NCBI GenBank assembly: GCA_964452565.1
Contig: CAYVLY010000001.1
Coordinates: 291,009-355,008 of the forward strand
Reading direction: 5' to 3'
Source: an uncultured Gammaproteobacteria bacterium
Lineage (GTDB): Bacteria; Patescibacteriota; Patescibacteriia; UBA9934
DNA length: 64,000 nt
The stretch's first letter is position 1. Each line of letters starts with the position of its first letter. Shown piece by piece: positions 20,239 to 28,664 of the stretch. The notes beneath the pieces are model-generated. The model did no database searches. It had not been told where the DNA came from and saw only the letters and a list, made by a program, of their open reading frames with translations. A program made the translations under genes and the position numbers.

Positions 20239-20700
20239 TTACCCGTTTTCGGGCGAGCGCCCCGGTGGTGTCCAATTTTTCACCACAATAAGATCCTTGA
20301 TAACCTTTTCCAGGTCATTTACACCATAAACCACAGTATGCCTCTCGTCCTTCTCGAGCTCTGGAGGCATGTCTGGACCGCGAACAATGCAAAGGCGTTC
20401 ATGTGTACAATTCTGCAACGCCTGATGGACCTGAGGGTTAGGAATGCCTTGCGCAATCTCACACCAGGTCAAAACGGCTGGCCAATCACTGACGCTAAGA
20501 ATGATCAGGTCAACCGGGCCATGCCTATACAGGCTATACGTAGCATAGAACAGGTAATTCCCACTTGTTGCAATGATCCATCTAAAGGACCCCTTGTGCT
20601 GCTCTGCGCAACTTGACACTTGCTGAATCTCTTCATGGCTCAGCGGCCCATCGTGCTCGATGAACATCACGTCAACGCCCTTGATCTTACCGCCGCTCAT
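20239..20700 (-). CDS. Hypothetical receiver-like paralog 1
   Basis: DLIILSVS and RLCIVRGPDMP shared with next ORF; ATGA overlap. Confidence 0.6.
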   Translation of the reverse strand: MSGGKIKGVDVMFIEHDGPLSHEEIQQVSSCAEQHKGSFRWIIATSGNYLFYATYSLYRHGPVDLIILSVSDWPAVLTWCEIAQGIPNPQVHQALQNCTHERLCIVRGPDMPPELEKDERHTVVYGVNDLEKVIKDLIVVKNWTPPGRSPENG

Positions 20701-21176
20701 GAATCACCCCCTTGCTGCTGCTGGATCTTGGCGTAGTGTAGTTCAGTAAGGTGATGGACAAGATGATCATAGCCATCGACGATCGTGATGCGCTCTACCG
20801 CTCGAATCTCCTCCTCGGGCATGTCTGGACCACGTACAGCCACCAGCTGTGGGCTTTGTACCTCCCTTTTTCTACTAAGCCCACCGATGTCTGCGTCAGC
20901 CCTTCTGAATTCACGCCAAAAGTAGAAAACATTCTGCCATCTTGACACATCCAAGACAATCACATGAATAGTCCTCTCGGACTCATCAAGGCTACGACCC
21001 CTCTTCCACTTCCATGCCAAAACCTCATATGCGCGAGTAGCGTAACACGGAACGCGGCCGATGGTATATGGCATGAGGCTACCACCAATCTCAGACATGT
21101 GTGCCCCCAATGTCTCCCATTGCTGAACACTGAGCACGCCACCATCGAGAATCAAAAGAACGTTCAGTCCACTCAT
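20697..21176 (-). CDS. Hypothetical receiver-like paralog 2
   Basis: Likely start ATG 21176 after AAAGGAG; IHVIVLDVS, QLVAVRGPDMP. Confidence 0.6.
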   Translation of the reverse strand: MSGLNVLLILDGGVLSVQQWETLGAHMSEIGGSLMPYTIGRVPCYATRAYEVLAWKWKRGRSLDESERTIHVIVLDVSRWQNVFYFWREFRRADADIGGLSRKREVQSPQLVAVRGPDMPEEEIRAVERITIVDGYDHLVHHLTELHYAKIQQQQGGDS

Positions 21177-21200
21177 GGTTTTTCTCCTTTCATTCCACTC

Positions 21201-21347
21201 GTGGAGATTTAATGTACTAGCCATGGCCAATTTTGTCAAAAGCAAAGAGCCCTGCACCTTATTGGCACAGGACCACGAATAGCATGGGCTATGAGACTAG
21301 CCAAGTTCTGGATCTGTGAGGATCTTGCTGAGTGCAGCCTCGAGCTC
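21201..21347. repeat. 147-bp exact direct repeat, copy 1
   Basis: Identical to 21777-21923; contains gene 3' end, terminator hairpin and TTGACA-17-TACATT promoter (minus strand). Confidence 0.92.
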
Positions 21348-21752
21348 CTCAGTCGTATTGACCACAATCGCATCGCCATAGTCACCAGGGGGCGGATTAA
21401 CCAGGATAATTGGCATGGCTTGTACCTCGTCCCTGCCAATATAGCGACTCTGCGCGTTCGCTACAGCTTGGTCTGATTGATACCCCTTCATAAGATGCAT
21501 ACCCCTAGGTCCGAAATCAATCAGAATGGCTATCAGGGAACCACCTCCGCCAAGCTCCTTACGTCCAGCATGGCGGCATATTTCAATTTCTATCATCTCC
21601 CGCAGACATGCCTGTTTTGGGAGCTTGGGCTTCACCCAAAGCTGCACCTCGAGTCGATAGCCCACATCTACCAAATCTTCAGGAGCAAAGTAATAACCTC
21701 TCAGATTCGTTACCTTATCTTCAAGGTAAATCACAACGTATCTTTCCTGCAT
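21297..21752 (-). CDS. Hypothetical receiver-like paralog 3
   Basis: Likely start ATG 21752 after AAGGAAGGG; C-terminus EELEAALSKILTDPELG identical to paralog 4. Confidence 0.6.
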   Translation of the reverse strand: MQERYVVIYLEDKVTNLRGYYFAPEDLVDVGYRLEVQLWVKPKLPKQACLREMIEIEICRHAGRKELGGGGSLIAILIDFGPRGMHLMKGYQSDQAVANAQSRYIGRDEVQAMPIILVNPPPGDYGDAIVVNTTEELEAALSKILTDPELG

Positions 21753-21776
21753 TTTGAACCCTTCCTTCTCATTACA

Positions 21777-21923
21777 GTGGAGATTTAATGTACTAGCCAT
21801 GGCCAATTTTGTCAAAAGCAAAGAGCCCTGCACCTTATTGGCACAGGACCACGAATAGCATGGGCTATGAGACTAGCCAAGTTCTGGATCTGTGAGGATC
21901 TTGCTGAGTGCAGCCTCGAGCTC
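21777..21923. repeat. 147-bp exact direct repeat, copy 2
   Basis: Identical to 21201-21347 (offset 576 bp). Confidence 0.92.
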
Positions 21924-22385
21924 TTCGGGCGTGTTGACCACGATTGCCTCGCCATACTCACCCGGCGGCGGGCAGATGAGGACGATCGGAATCGGTGACA
22001 GGATCAAGTCCAATGGCAGTTGCTGGAGCTGCGCTTCGAAAAACCTACCGGCAAGCCTCATGATGTCCTTGGCTTTTGGATAGCGCCTCAGAGACTCGCC
22101 GGCGCAAACCAGATCACCAAAGACCAGCAATGCCTTATAGCCTCGTCCACTCGCCGACCACTCCCAGATCGCATCGAGTGCGATCAACTGGATAGCGATA
22201 CTGACGGGACAAATAAGCCCATGATATGCGGGGCCTGGACAACCTTCAGGTGACCCAACAACCGCGAAGCTCGGCCCGACTGATCGCCTTAGAGAATAAC
22301 TCAGATCCTCAAGGGCCCGATACATCTCATTACGTCTGCTCCAGATCGAATAGTCGCATACAACATAAACGCTGGGAATCGGCAT
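21873..22385 (-). CDS. Hypothetical receiver-like paralog 4
   Basis: AAGGAGG SD, own TTGACA promoter ~22442; PIVLICPPPGEYGEAIVVNT similar to paralog 3. Confidence 0.6.
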   Translation of the reverse strand: MPIPSVYVVCDYSIWSRRNEMYRALEDLSYSLRRSVGPSFAVVGSPEGCPGPAYHGLICPVSIAIQLIALDAIWEWSASGRGYKALLVFGDLVCAGESLRRYPKAKDIMRLAGRFFEAQLQQLPLDLILSPIPIVLICPPPGEYGEAIVVNTPEELEAALSKILTDPELG

Positions 22386-22596
22386 CGAACCTCCTTCATC
22401 ACTTTCTGGTGGTGACTGAGATTAACAGAAGATTCAGATTCTGTCAATAACAAAACACCCCTTTGTCTTTCAAACAAAGAGGTGGTCAACCCTTTTGGTG
22501 ATTGTTTAATCGCTCGGGCTGGGCCCTCGCTTGTCCAAAATGTCTAAAATGTTTATTTCTAAATAAACAACTTGGACACTTTCAACATCTTAAACA

Positions 22597-22917
22597 TCAT
22601 CTATTAACTGCCATTGAATCATCTGGATTTATATATCGCACATCATCTACTTTCACAAGTCCGAGCATTTGCACACGTGTCATCACACTATCGATTGAAC
22701 GAAGGGATGAGACCTGTTGCTGCAATTGTTCGTTCTCGTGTTCAAGATCGGCAATCTCATGTTCCATATCCCGCACAGCATAGCCTTGAGTAGCTGACAT
22801 GTTTACTTGCCAGATATAGAGCGCTCCGACAACTGCCACACAGGCTAGTAAACAATATCCGAACCACTTTGTGGATGTAAAATTGAGAGTCATGGTTGTA
22901 ATAGACGGGATCGTCAT
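22597..22917 (-). CDS. Cell division protein FtsL-like
   Basis: Follows mraZ-rsmH; single TM plus coiled coil; start ATG 22917 after GGAGG. Confidence 0.7.
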   Translation of the reverse strand: MTIPSITTMTLNFTSTKWFGYCLLACVAVVGALYIWQVNMSATQGYAVRDMEHEIADLEHENEQLQQQVSSLRSIDSVMTRVQMLGLVKVDDVRYINPDDSMAVNR

Positions 22918-22924
22918 AGTCCTC

Positions 22925-23045
22925 CGAGTCGGCTTCCCCAGTCGGCGCATTACTGCGTCAGAAACTTCGTTTTGCCCTCATCGTACGTTTTAGTACGCCT
23001 CGGCCAAAGCCTTGTTTCTTCCTTGTATTGCATCCAACTGTGAAA
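22925..23045. repeat. Long palindromic element, RPE1-like family (copy 2)
   Basis: Reverse complement aggaagaaacaaggctttggccgaggcgtactaaaacgtacgatgag aligns with 2154-2232. Confidence 0.65.
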
Positions 23046-23060
23046 ACCTTTAGTTAATTC

Positions 23061-23912
23061 TTAAGTCTTTTGCGCGATGCGCAGTTTTGCGCTTCTTGCG
23101 CGCGGATTATCTTTTGTTTCTTCGAATTCTGGTTTAATTGGCTTTTTTGTGATGATCTCCAGATCCTCTCGGTCTTTGAAAAAGTTCTTCACAATTCGAT
23201 CTTCTAATGAATGGAAACAGATTACTACGAGTCGTCCTCCTGGTTTTAGAACTTTGACAGCGGCCTCAAGTCCTTTTTCAAACTCACCTAGTTCATCATT
23301 CACTGCTATACGAAGTGCCTGAAAGATCTTTGTTGCAGGATGATGCTTGCCAGTTCGTCGAACTGCGTTTGATACAACTTCTGCAAGTTCTGAGGTCCGG
23401 GTGATGCGATTCTTTCTGCGGGCATCGAATATTGCTTTTGCAATCTGTAGTGCGAATTGCTCTTCTCCCAGCTTTCGAAAGAGTTCTGCAAGTTCGTCTT
23501 TTGACCAACTGTTGACAATAACTTCGGCAGTTAACTCCTGCGACTGATCGTAGCGCATGTCCAGAGGTCCATCTTTCATGAATGAGAACCCTCTTTCAGG
23601 ATCATCAACATGTAGTGATGAAAATCCTATGTCGAACAATACGGCATCAATCGGCTCCTTAACGTGCGTTTCTATCGATGAGAATGAATCTTTAATGAAT
23701 TCGACTCGATCTGCAACATCTTTGAGCTGCTCTTTAGCTAACTCTAGGTTGCGATTGTCGCGATCAAAACCTATTACACGTCCGTTTGGAGCTGTTCGAT
23801 CAAGGATCTCACGAGTGTGCCCACCTAGTCCGAGCGTTGCGTCGATAATTACAGCGCCAGAATCTAGGGATAGCCCCTCCATGACCTCCTTGAGTAAAAC
23901 TGGTTTGTGCAT
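23061..23912 (-). CDS. rsmH: 16S rRNA C1402 N4-methyltransferase
   Basis: HKPVLL, DATLGLGGH, GPLDMR, FHSLEDRIVK, NPRARSAKLR. Confidence 0.96.
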   Translation of the reverse strand: MHKPVLLKEVMEGLSLDSGAVIIDATLGLGGHTREILDRTAPNGRVIGFDRDNRNLELAKEQLKDVADRVEFIKDSFSSIETHVKEPIDAVLFDIGFSSLHVDDPERGFSFMKDGPLDMRYDQSQELTAEVIVNSWSKDELAELFRKLGEEQFALQIAKAIFDARRKNRITRTSELAEVVSNAVRRTGKHHPATKIFQALRIAVNDELGEFEKGLEAAVKVLKPGGRLVVICFHSLEDRIVKNFFKDREDLEIITKKPIKPEFEETKDNPRARSAKLRIAQKT

Positions 23913-23921
23913 ATGTTCTTT

Positions 23922-24353
23922 TTAAATTCCGAGCTCGCCAAGTTCTTCTGCAATGTCGACTGCGTTATTCTCAGTCTGCTCGCGGTAGGCATTCCACTTA
24001 TCCTCGTCCCAAATCTCGAGACGTGTATGGATTCCTACAATCACCACTTTCTTTCCCAACTCCGCGTATTTACGCAAGTAGTCAGGAAGGACAAACCGTC
24101 CCTGCTTATCAAGCTTCACATCCATGGCGCCCGCAAGCATGAGCCGGGCGAATGCACGTGACTTGGCCTGCCCCAGGGGTAAACTCGCCAACTTCTCGGA
24201 AAGCTTCCCCCACTCCTCCAAGGGGAGCAGGAACAACGAAGAATCAAGACCCCGCGTCACTACTGCGCCTTTTGCGAGATCTACTCTAAACTTCGTTGGT
24301 ACGGCAAGCCGTCCTTTTTCGTCGATTGAGTGATGATATTCCCCTATGAACAT
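23922..24353 (-). CDS. mraZ: Transcriptional regulator MraZ
   Basis: MFIGEYHHSIDEKGR, DKQGR, LEIWD. Confidence 0.96.
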   Translation of the reverse strand: MFIGEYHHSIDEKGRLAVPTKFRVDLAKGAVVTRGLDSSLFLLPLEEWGKLSEKLASLPLGQAKSRAFARLMLAGAMDVKLDKQGRFVLPDYLRKYAELGKKVVIVGIHTRLEIWDEDKWNAYREQTENNAVDIAEELGELGI

Positions 24354-24567
24354 ATGGAAATATTCAGAAGGTACAGGCAGTAGCGACCCAACATCACAAG
24401 CTATTCAAGACACACAAGCGCGATCTTGGATGAATTATGATGAGGGGAAGTTTCCTGAACCTTCTGGAAAGTTACCCGCCGTCGCTCCTGCGGAGCTATG
24501 TCGGGTGTTCAAAGCAGGTGCTTTGAACAAAAAACGAAGTGACATGCGAATTAGGCTCATCGCCTAA

Positions 24568-24640
24568 TTCCCCACTTCGTGCCATTACATCTCCACTTTA
24601 CCCCACCAATCACCTCTGGTCAACCTGAATTCCCCACTTT
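24568..24640 (-). promoter_or_regulatory. Probable MraZ-binding GTGG(G/A) direct repeats
   Basis: Several CCCAC/TCCAC motifs, two at 10-bp period (24592, 24602), upstream of mraZ. Confidence 0.55.
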
Positions 24641-24804
24641 TATACACGGATTCAATACGCACTTTGCGCTTTATTTGCAACTCAAACTCGTGTTCGGTAT
24701 TTGTTCTTGTTAATAACATACAAACAAAATAACCAACACCTGGGGTTGGTAATTAATTATCCACATGATCAAATCTGATTAAAACAACGTATAATACAAA
24801 TACT

Positions 24805-25383
24805 ATGCTTCATAAAAAACGATCACAGAAAAAACGCGCTCTCAATATTCTTGTTTTAACAAACGCCCTGATACTTATCGCAGGTGCGATGATGGGTCCG
24901 ATCTATGCCCTGTTTGTTGAAGAGATCGGGGGCAGCCTACTTGATGCCAGCTTAACTGGTACAGTCTTTGCGCTTGCTGCAGGAATCACTGTACTTATTG
25001 TTGGCCGCATAACTGACAAAATCAAACAACAACGCTATGTTGTAATCTTCGGCTACCTGATGATGGCGCTTGGATTCTTCTTGTATCTTTTTGTAGACTC
25101 AATCTGGTTCTTATTTATCATCCAAATCATCATCGGATTTGGTGAAGCAATCTACTCCCCTGCTTTTGATGCTATCTACTCACGCCATACAACTGATCAT
25201 CATGAAGGAAGTGAATGGGCACTATGGGAATCAATGATGTATTTCACTACAGCAGCCGGAGCATTTGTTGGAGGATTGCTTGCTTATCGTTTTGGATTTG
25301 ATACAATCTTCGTAGTTATGACAGCACTTTGCCTCATCAGCGCCGCATATCTAGCACTAATCCCGAAAAAGATCTTGAAATAG
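24805..25383 (+). CDS. Half-size (6-TM) MFS transporter
   Basis: GRITDKIK motif A-like, six hydrophobic segments in 192 aa. Confidence 0.75.
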   Translation: MLHKKRSQKKRALNILVLTNALILIAGAMMGPIYALFVEEIGGSLLDASLTGTVFALAAGITVLIVGRITDKIKQQRYVVIFGYLMMALGFFLYLFVDSIWFLFIIQIIIGFGEAIYSPAFDAIYSRHTTDHHEGSEWALWESMMYFTTAAGAFVGGLLAYRFGFDTIFVVMTALCLISAAYLALIPKKILK

Positions 25384-25507
25384 AAACCGAAACATAAAAA
25401 ATTTGTCGCATGCGATGTCCGATCGGACAACATATGCGACATTTTGATTTTATCGTGATCTTGTTGTAACCTTACAGCGAGCCCCTTGCTAAAAAGGAGA
25501 CAGATCG

Positions 25508-25843
25508 TTGTCAGATTCTTCTTCACCTTCAGCCGAAACTCTCACGCTAGATGCTGACACCCACAGGGAATCCAGTCAGTGGATCCTGACCATCGCTGTA
25601 GTCTGTGCTGGTAAGCGAATACACGAAGAGATCATGCCTACAAAGCCCGTGCCCTCTCTGCTGGCCCCTGAGGTCGCAGGCGTTCTGCGTGAATGGACCA
25701 ACAACGGAGCACCCAGACTCCACATCGACAAACAATCGGCTGAAACCATCAGAAGAACCTCTGGAATACATCTTCGACTCGACGGAAGACGGATCACCGG
25801 CATGCGTGATTCATTCCACGTTCCGTTCGAAGACCTCCAGTGA
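25508..25843 (+). CDS. Hypothetical protein (islet)
   Basis: AAGGAG SD before TTG, GC hairpin after stop. Confidence 0.5.
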   Translation: MSDSSSPSAETLTLDADTHRESSQWILTIAVVCAGKRIHEEIMPTKPVPSLLAPEVAGVLREWTNNGAPRLHIDKQSAETIRRTSGIHLRLDGRRITGMRDSFHVPFEDLQ

Positions 25844-25939
25844 TGATCAGCTCCCCCTCCCCGTACCCGCCCACCTCAGGGCGGGCTTCGCTTTTCAAAA
25901 GCACGAAACCCGCCGGCCCGATATGATCGAGGGCGGGTG

Positions 25940-26023
25940 CTAGGCGTTGCAAAACGCGATCAAATTGGCCGCAACCAGTGCGACAATGACCACGGTCCAT
26001 CTGAGAAGGTCTGATCCTCTCAC
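25940..26023 (-). CDS. 27-aa hydrophobic peptide MRGSDLLRWTVVIVALVAANLIAFCNA
   Basis: GGAGGT SD before GTG 26023, stop 25940, followed by hairpin and T-rich tract; below ORF-track cutoff. Confidence 0.45.
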   Translation of the reverse strand: MRGSDLLRWTVVIVALVAANLIAFCNA

Positions 26024-26078
26024 GATAACCTCCAAGGAAAGGGCTTACTTCTAGATTATCGCGTTCTGATTCAATTGT

Positions 26079-26558
26079 CTATTCTGGGCTAAATTTGTTA
26101 TCTACTACTTCCATTGTTCCACCAGGAACTTTTTCGCGCCAGGTTTTATTACCTGACTCAATCATCCCCCGAATCTCTGTGCCATTAAATCCAGGAACTG
26201 GTGAAATATTCTGAATCTCAACATTGTGCTTTTCAAACAACGCCTTCATATCATCATCACCACTCCAAAGCTTTGGACTCTCAGGCGCGCCTGCAGCCTC
26301 CAAAATTTTATCAACCCACTCATCATCTGATTCACAATCAGAAACATCAACGATCGTCGCATCAGCTATATTCTCAGAAAGTAGCGACGCGCTAATCATC
26401 TCCCGCACTTCTTCAACAGAAAACAGATCGTCCTCACGGGCATTGCCGTGGCAAATAACTACTACTGGCTTTGCGCATGACTTTGCCATACCTTGAACAA
26501 CCATGAGCTGACCTGTGTGGAACGGCTGAAACCGTCCGGGAAAAATACATGTAGACAT
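26079..26558 (-). CDS. Cytidylyltransferase-like / NMN adenylyltransferase family protein
   Basis: FPGRFQPFHTGQ, GTEIR...W..KVP; start ATG 26558. Confidence 0.75.
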   Translation of the reverse strand: MSTCIFPGRFQPFHTGQLMVVQGMAKSCAKPVVVICHGNAREDDLFSVEEVREMISASLLSENIADATIVDVSDCESDDEWVDKILEAAGAPESPKLWSGDDDMKALFEKHNVEIQNISPVPGFNGTEIRGMIESGNKTWREKVPGGTMEVVDNKFSPE

Positions 26559-26636
26559 ATTACATCTCCCCAACCCCGAGAAGCGAAGCGACGAGGGGTC
26601 TTCTTAAGAAGACTTCTCACTTAGTTCGAAGTGGGA

Positions 26637-27545
26637 TTAATTTATTATAAGTTTCTCATCTAAACCAAATGGTCTTTGCAATTGCTTTGTGAACTCTGCC
26701 ATCTGCATTGGAGGGACATTTATCTGACTCATCTCTATTGATCCAAGCCCTTCCTTATGACACATCTTCAAATATCCCATCTCTGATGGATCAAATCCGA
26801 TCAAAGTTGCAGCTACTGTATCAACTGCCACTGGATCAAACCCTGCAAGCACAACACCCATCTCCACAGCAGTACCTTGGACAGGGCCATCCCCTTGCAT
26901 TGCCATCATACCATCAACCACAGCAACATCGCACGGAACTTGTCGATAAAGCTCTACAACACTTTGATGATGTGCCTTCACACCCTCTTCCTCAAGCCAT
27001 GGCCAGCGCGCCCATACTCTTCCTGTAGCGCTTATTCTCGATGGAACGATCCATGTTCCAGTAGTCCACGAATAGATCGATGCTGATAAGCCAACTTCCT
27101 TATGAACCTTGAGAGGCGCGAGCGAGATCTTTAGCCCTGCTTGGGCTGCGACTTTTGATCGACGAATCGGATTCTTTGATCCATCTAATCGAACTGTCTC
27201 ACCATCAACAAAATCATCATCGTTCAGATCAACAAGTTCAACCTGGTGATACTCGTCAAGTAGTCTTTCATATCCGAAATGCTCAAACGCAACTTTTGTG
27301 CCACGATATGCTGCATCCCCAATCTTAACTGGAGTTTTTGAATAAGTCTGAATCACGTCGAGTAATCCACGCACAGCATCTACATGCGTACAGGCAAGCT
27401 GATATTGATTATCGATCAGATTAACATGCACGAAAATCTCATCCACCTCACGGCATTTGTGAATAAAATCATCCCCAAGATCCTCAATAACTTTGCGCAC
27501 TGCCAGCCTTCGATCATTGCCTGTTTGTAGCTTTACCTCAATCAT
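26637..27545 (-). CDS. DUF362 domain protein
   Basis: THVDAV, VVDGMMAMQGDGPVQG, DPVAVDTVA. Confidence 0.8.
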   Translation of the reverse strand: MIEVKLQTGNDRRLAVRKVIEDLGDDFIHKCREVDEIFVHVNLIDNQYQLACTHVDAVRGLLDVIQTYSKTPVKIGDAAYRGTKVAFEHFGYERLLDEYHQVELVDLNDDDFVDGETVRLDGSKNPIRRSKVAAQAGLKISLAPLKVHKEVGLSASIYSWTTGTWIVPSRISATGRVWARWPWLEEEGVKAHHQSVVELYRQVPCDVAVVDGMMAMQGDGPVQGTAVEMGVVLAGFDPVAVDTVAATLIGFDPSEMGYLKMCHKEGLGSIEMSQINVPPMQMAEFTKQLQRPFGLDEKLIIN

Positions 27546-27633
27546 GCGATAAGTTTAGCATACCAGAACACAGAATGCAGAACCCAGAACTCAGACAAGC
27601 TGTGGATAGAGGTCGGACCTCTGTCTACAGGCG

Positions 27634-28581
27634 CTAACCTATCTTACGCGCTATATAAAATAATGACTCTCCTTTTTTGATACGGCTAGGTATAGATGGA
27701 AATACAATTCGGCCGTCTATTTCGGCAATCTCCCGTTCACCATTTTCATAACTCCCAACAACCTCCCCCTTTTTTACAGGCTGCCAGTTTAAAGCTTCTC
27801 CATTCTGATAACTGAATACGCCATGCTTAGCAATAACTTTCTTATCAAACGCATACACATCTTGATGATATTCTGCATCATCAACCTTCACATTAATGAC
27901 GCCAAGTAAAGCTTCACTGACAACGCCAATCTCTTTTAAAATACGGGATGCAACAACATATCCTTTTTGATGTACCGGTATGTCATCTTTGTTCATCGCT
28001 TCATAGATGATACCGATGCCACCATACAAACCTACATAGGCATCCATTGTTGGTGTTACTTTTAGGTCAAGCTTTGTAAGCCGCCGATCTGGATCTGTGA
28101 GGATAAATTCAGCTGGAACAAATTTACATAGCTCCCGACGCTGCTTATTATCGTCAACAGACATGCCAATATATGGCACAGTCTGGCTGCTAGTTGTGTG
28201 AATATCGATAAAGTAGTCAATCTTCCGAAGTAATGGCGCTAATTCCCTAGCGCGCTTCAAATCTTCAGAATCGTCATCTTTCGGCTTTGAATCGATAAGC
28301 TCAGGATACATTATCCGATTAAGATCATCTGCAACGCAACGTTTGTCTAATTCAATGGCCTTTGGATTTCCAAAACCAAGATACAAATTTCCAATAACAT
28401 CATCGCGTTCATAAACACCTGGTCGATCTGCGATACCCAACTTTTCCAAAAAGTATTTAATACTTTTGATCGCTGCTTTTTCATTTCCATGTACTGCGCC
28501 GAGAACCAAAACATTCGGACCGCTTTGATCAGATCCTTTCAAATGCCATATCTCACTCGGAAGAGCTTTATCGTTTGTCAT
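27634..28581 (-). CDS. M14-type succinylglutamate desuccinylase/aspartoacylase family hydrolase
   Basis: VHGNE, DLNR, IDIHT motifs; start ATG 28581. Confidence 0.8.
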   Translation of the reverse strand: MTNDKALPSEIWHLKGSDQSGPNVLVLGAVHGNEKAAIKSIKYFLEKLGIADRPGVYERDDVIGNLYLGFGNPKAIELDKRCVADDLNRIMYPELIDSKPKDDDSEDLKRARELAPLLRKIDYFIDIHTTSSQTVPYIGMSVDDNKQRRELCKFVPAEFILTDPDRRLTKLDLKVTPTMDAYVGLYGGIGIIYEAMNKDDIPVHQKGYVVASRILKEIGVVSEALLGVINVKVDDAEYHQDVYAFDKKVIAKHGVFSYQNGEALNWQPVKKGEVVGSYENGEREIAEIDGRIVFPSIPSRIKKGESLFYIARKIG

Positions 28582-28664
28582 AGTATTTAAATTCGGCAAC
28601 ACTCTATCATAATTATGGTCAAACAAAAAACCAAGGAGCTTCTTGGCCTTTTTTAGATAAAAAA

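Noticed and set aside
21177-21833. Shared N-terminus MQGSLLLTKLAMASTLNLH in two ORFs
   Set aside because: Translation of the repeated terminator/promoter; SD-led starts are at 21176 and 21752
21201-21990. Diversity-generating retroelement TR/VR pair
   Set aside because: Repeat is exact; adjacent differences are mostly synonymous and not adenine-specific; no reverse transcriptase in the window
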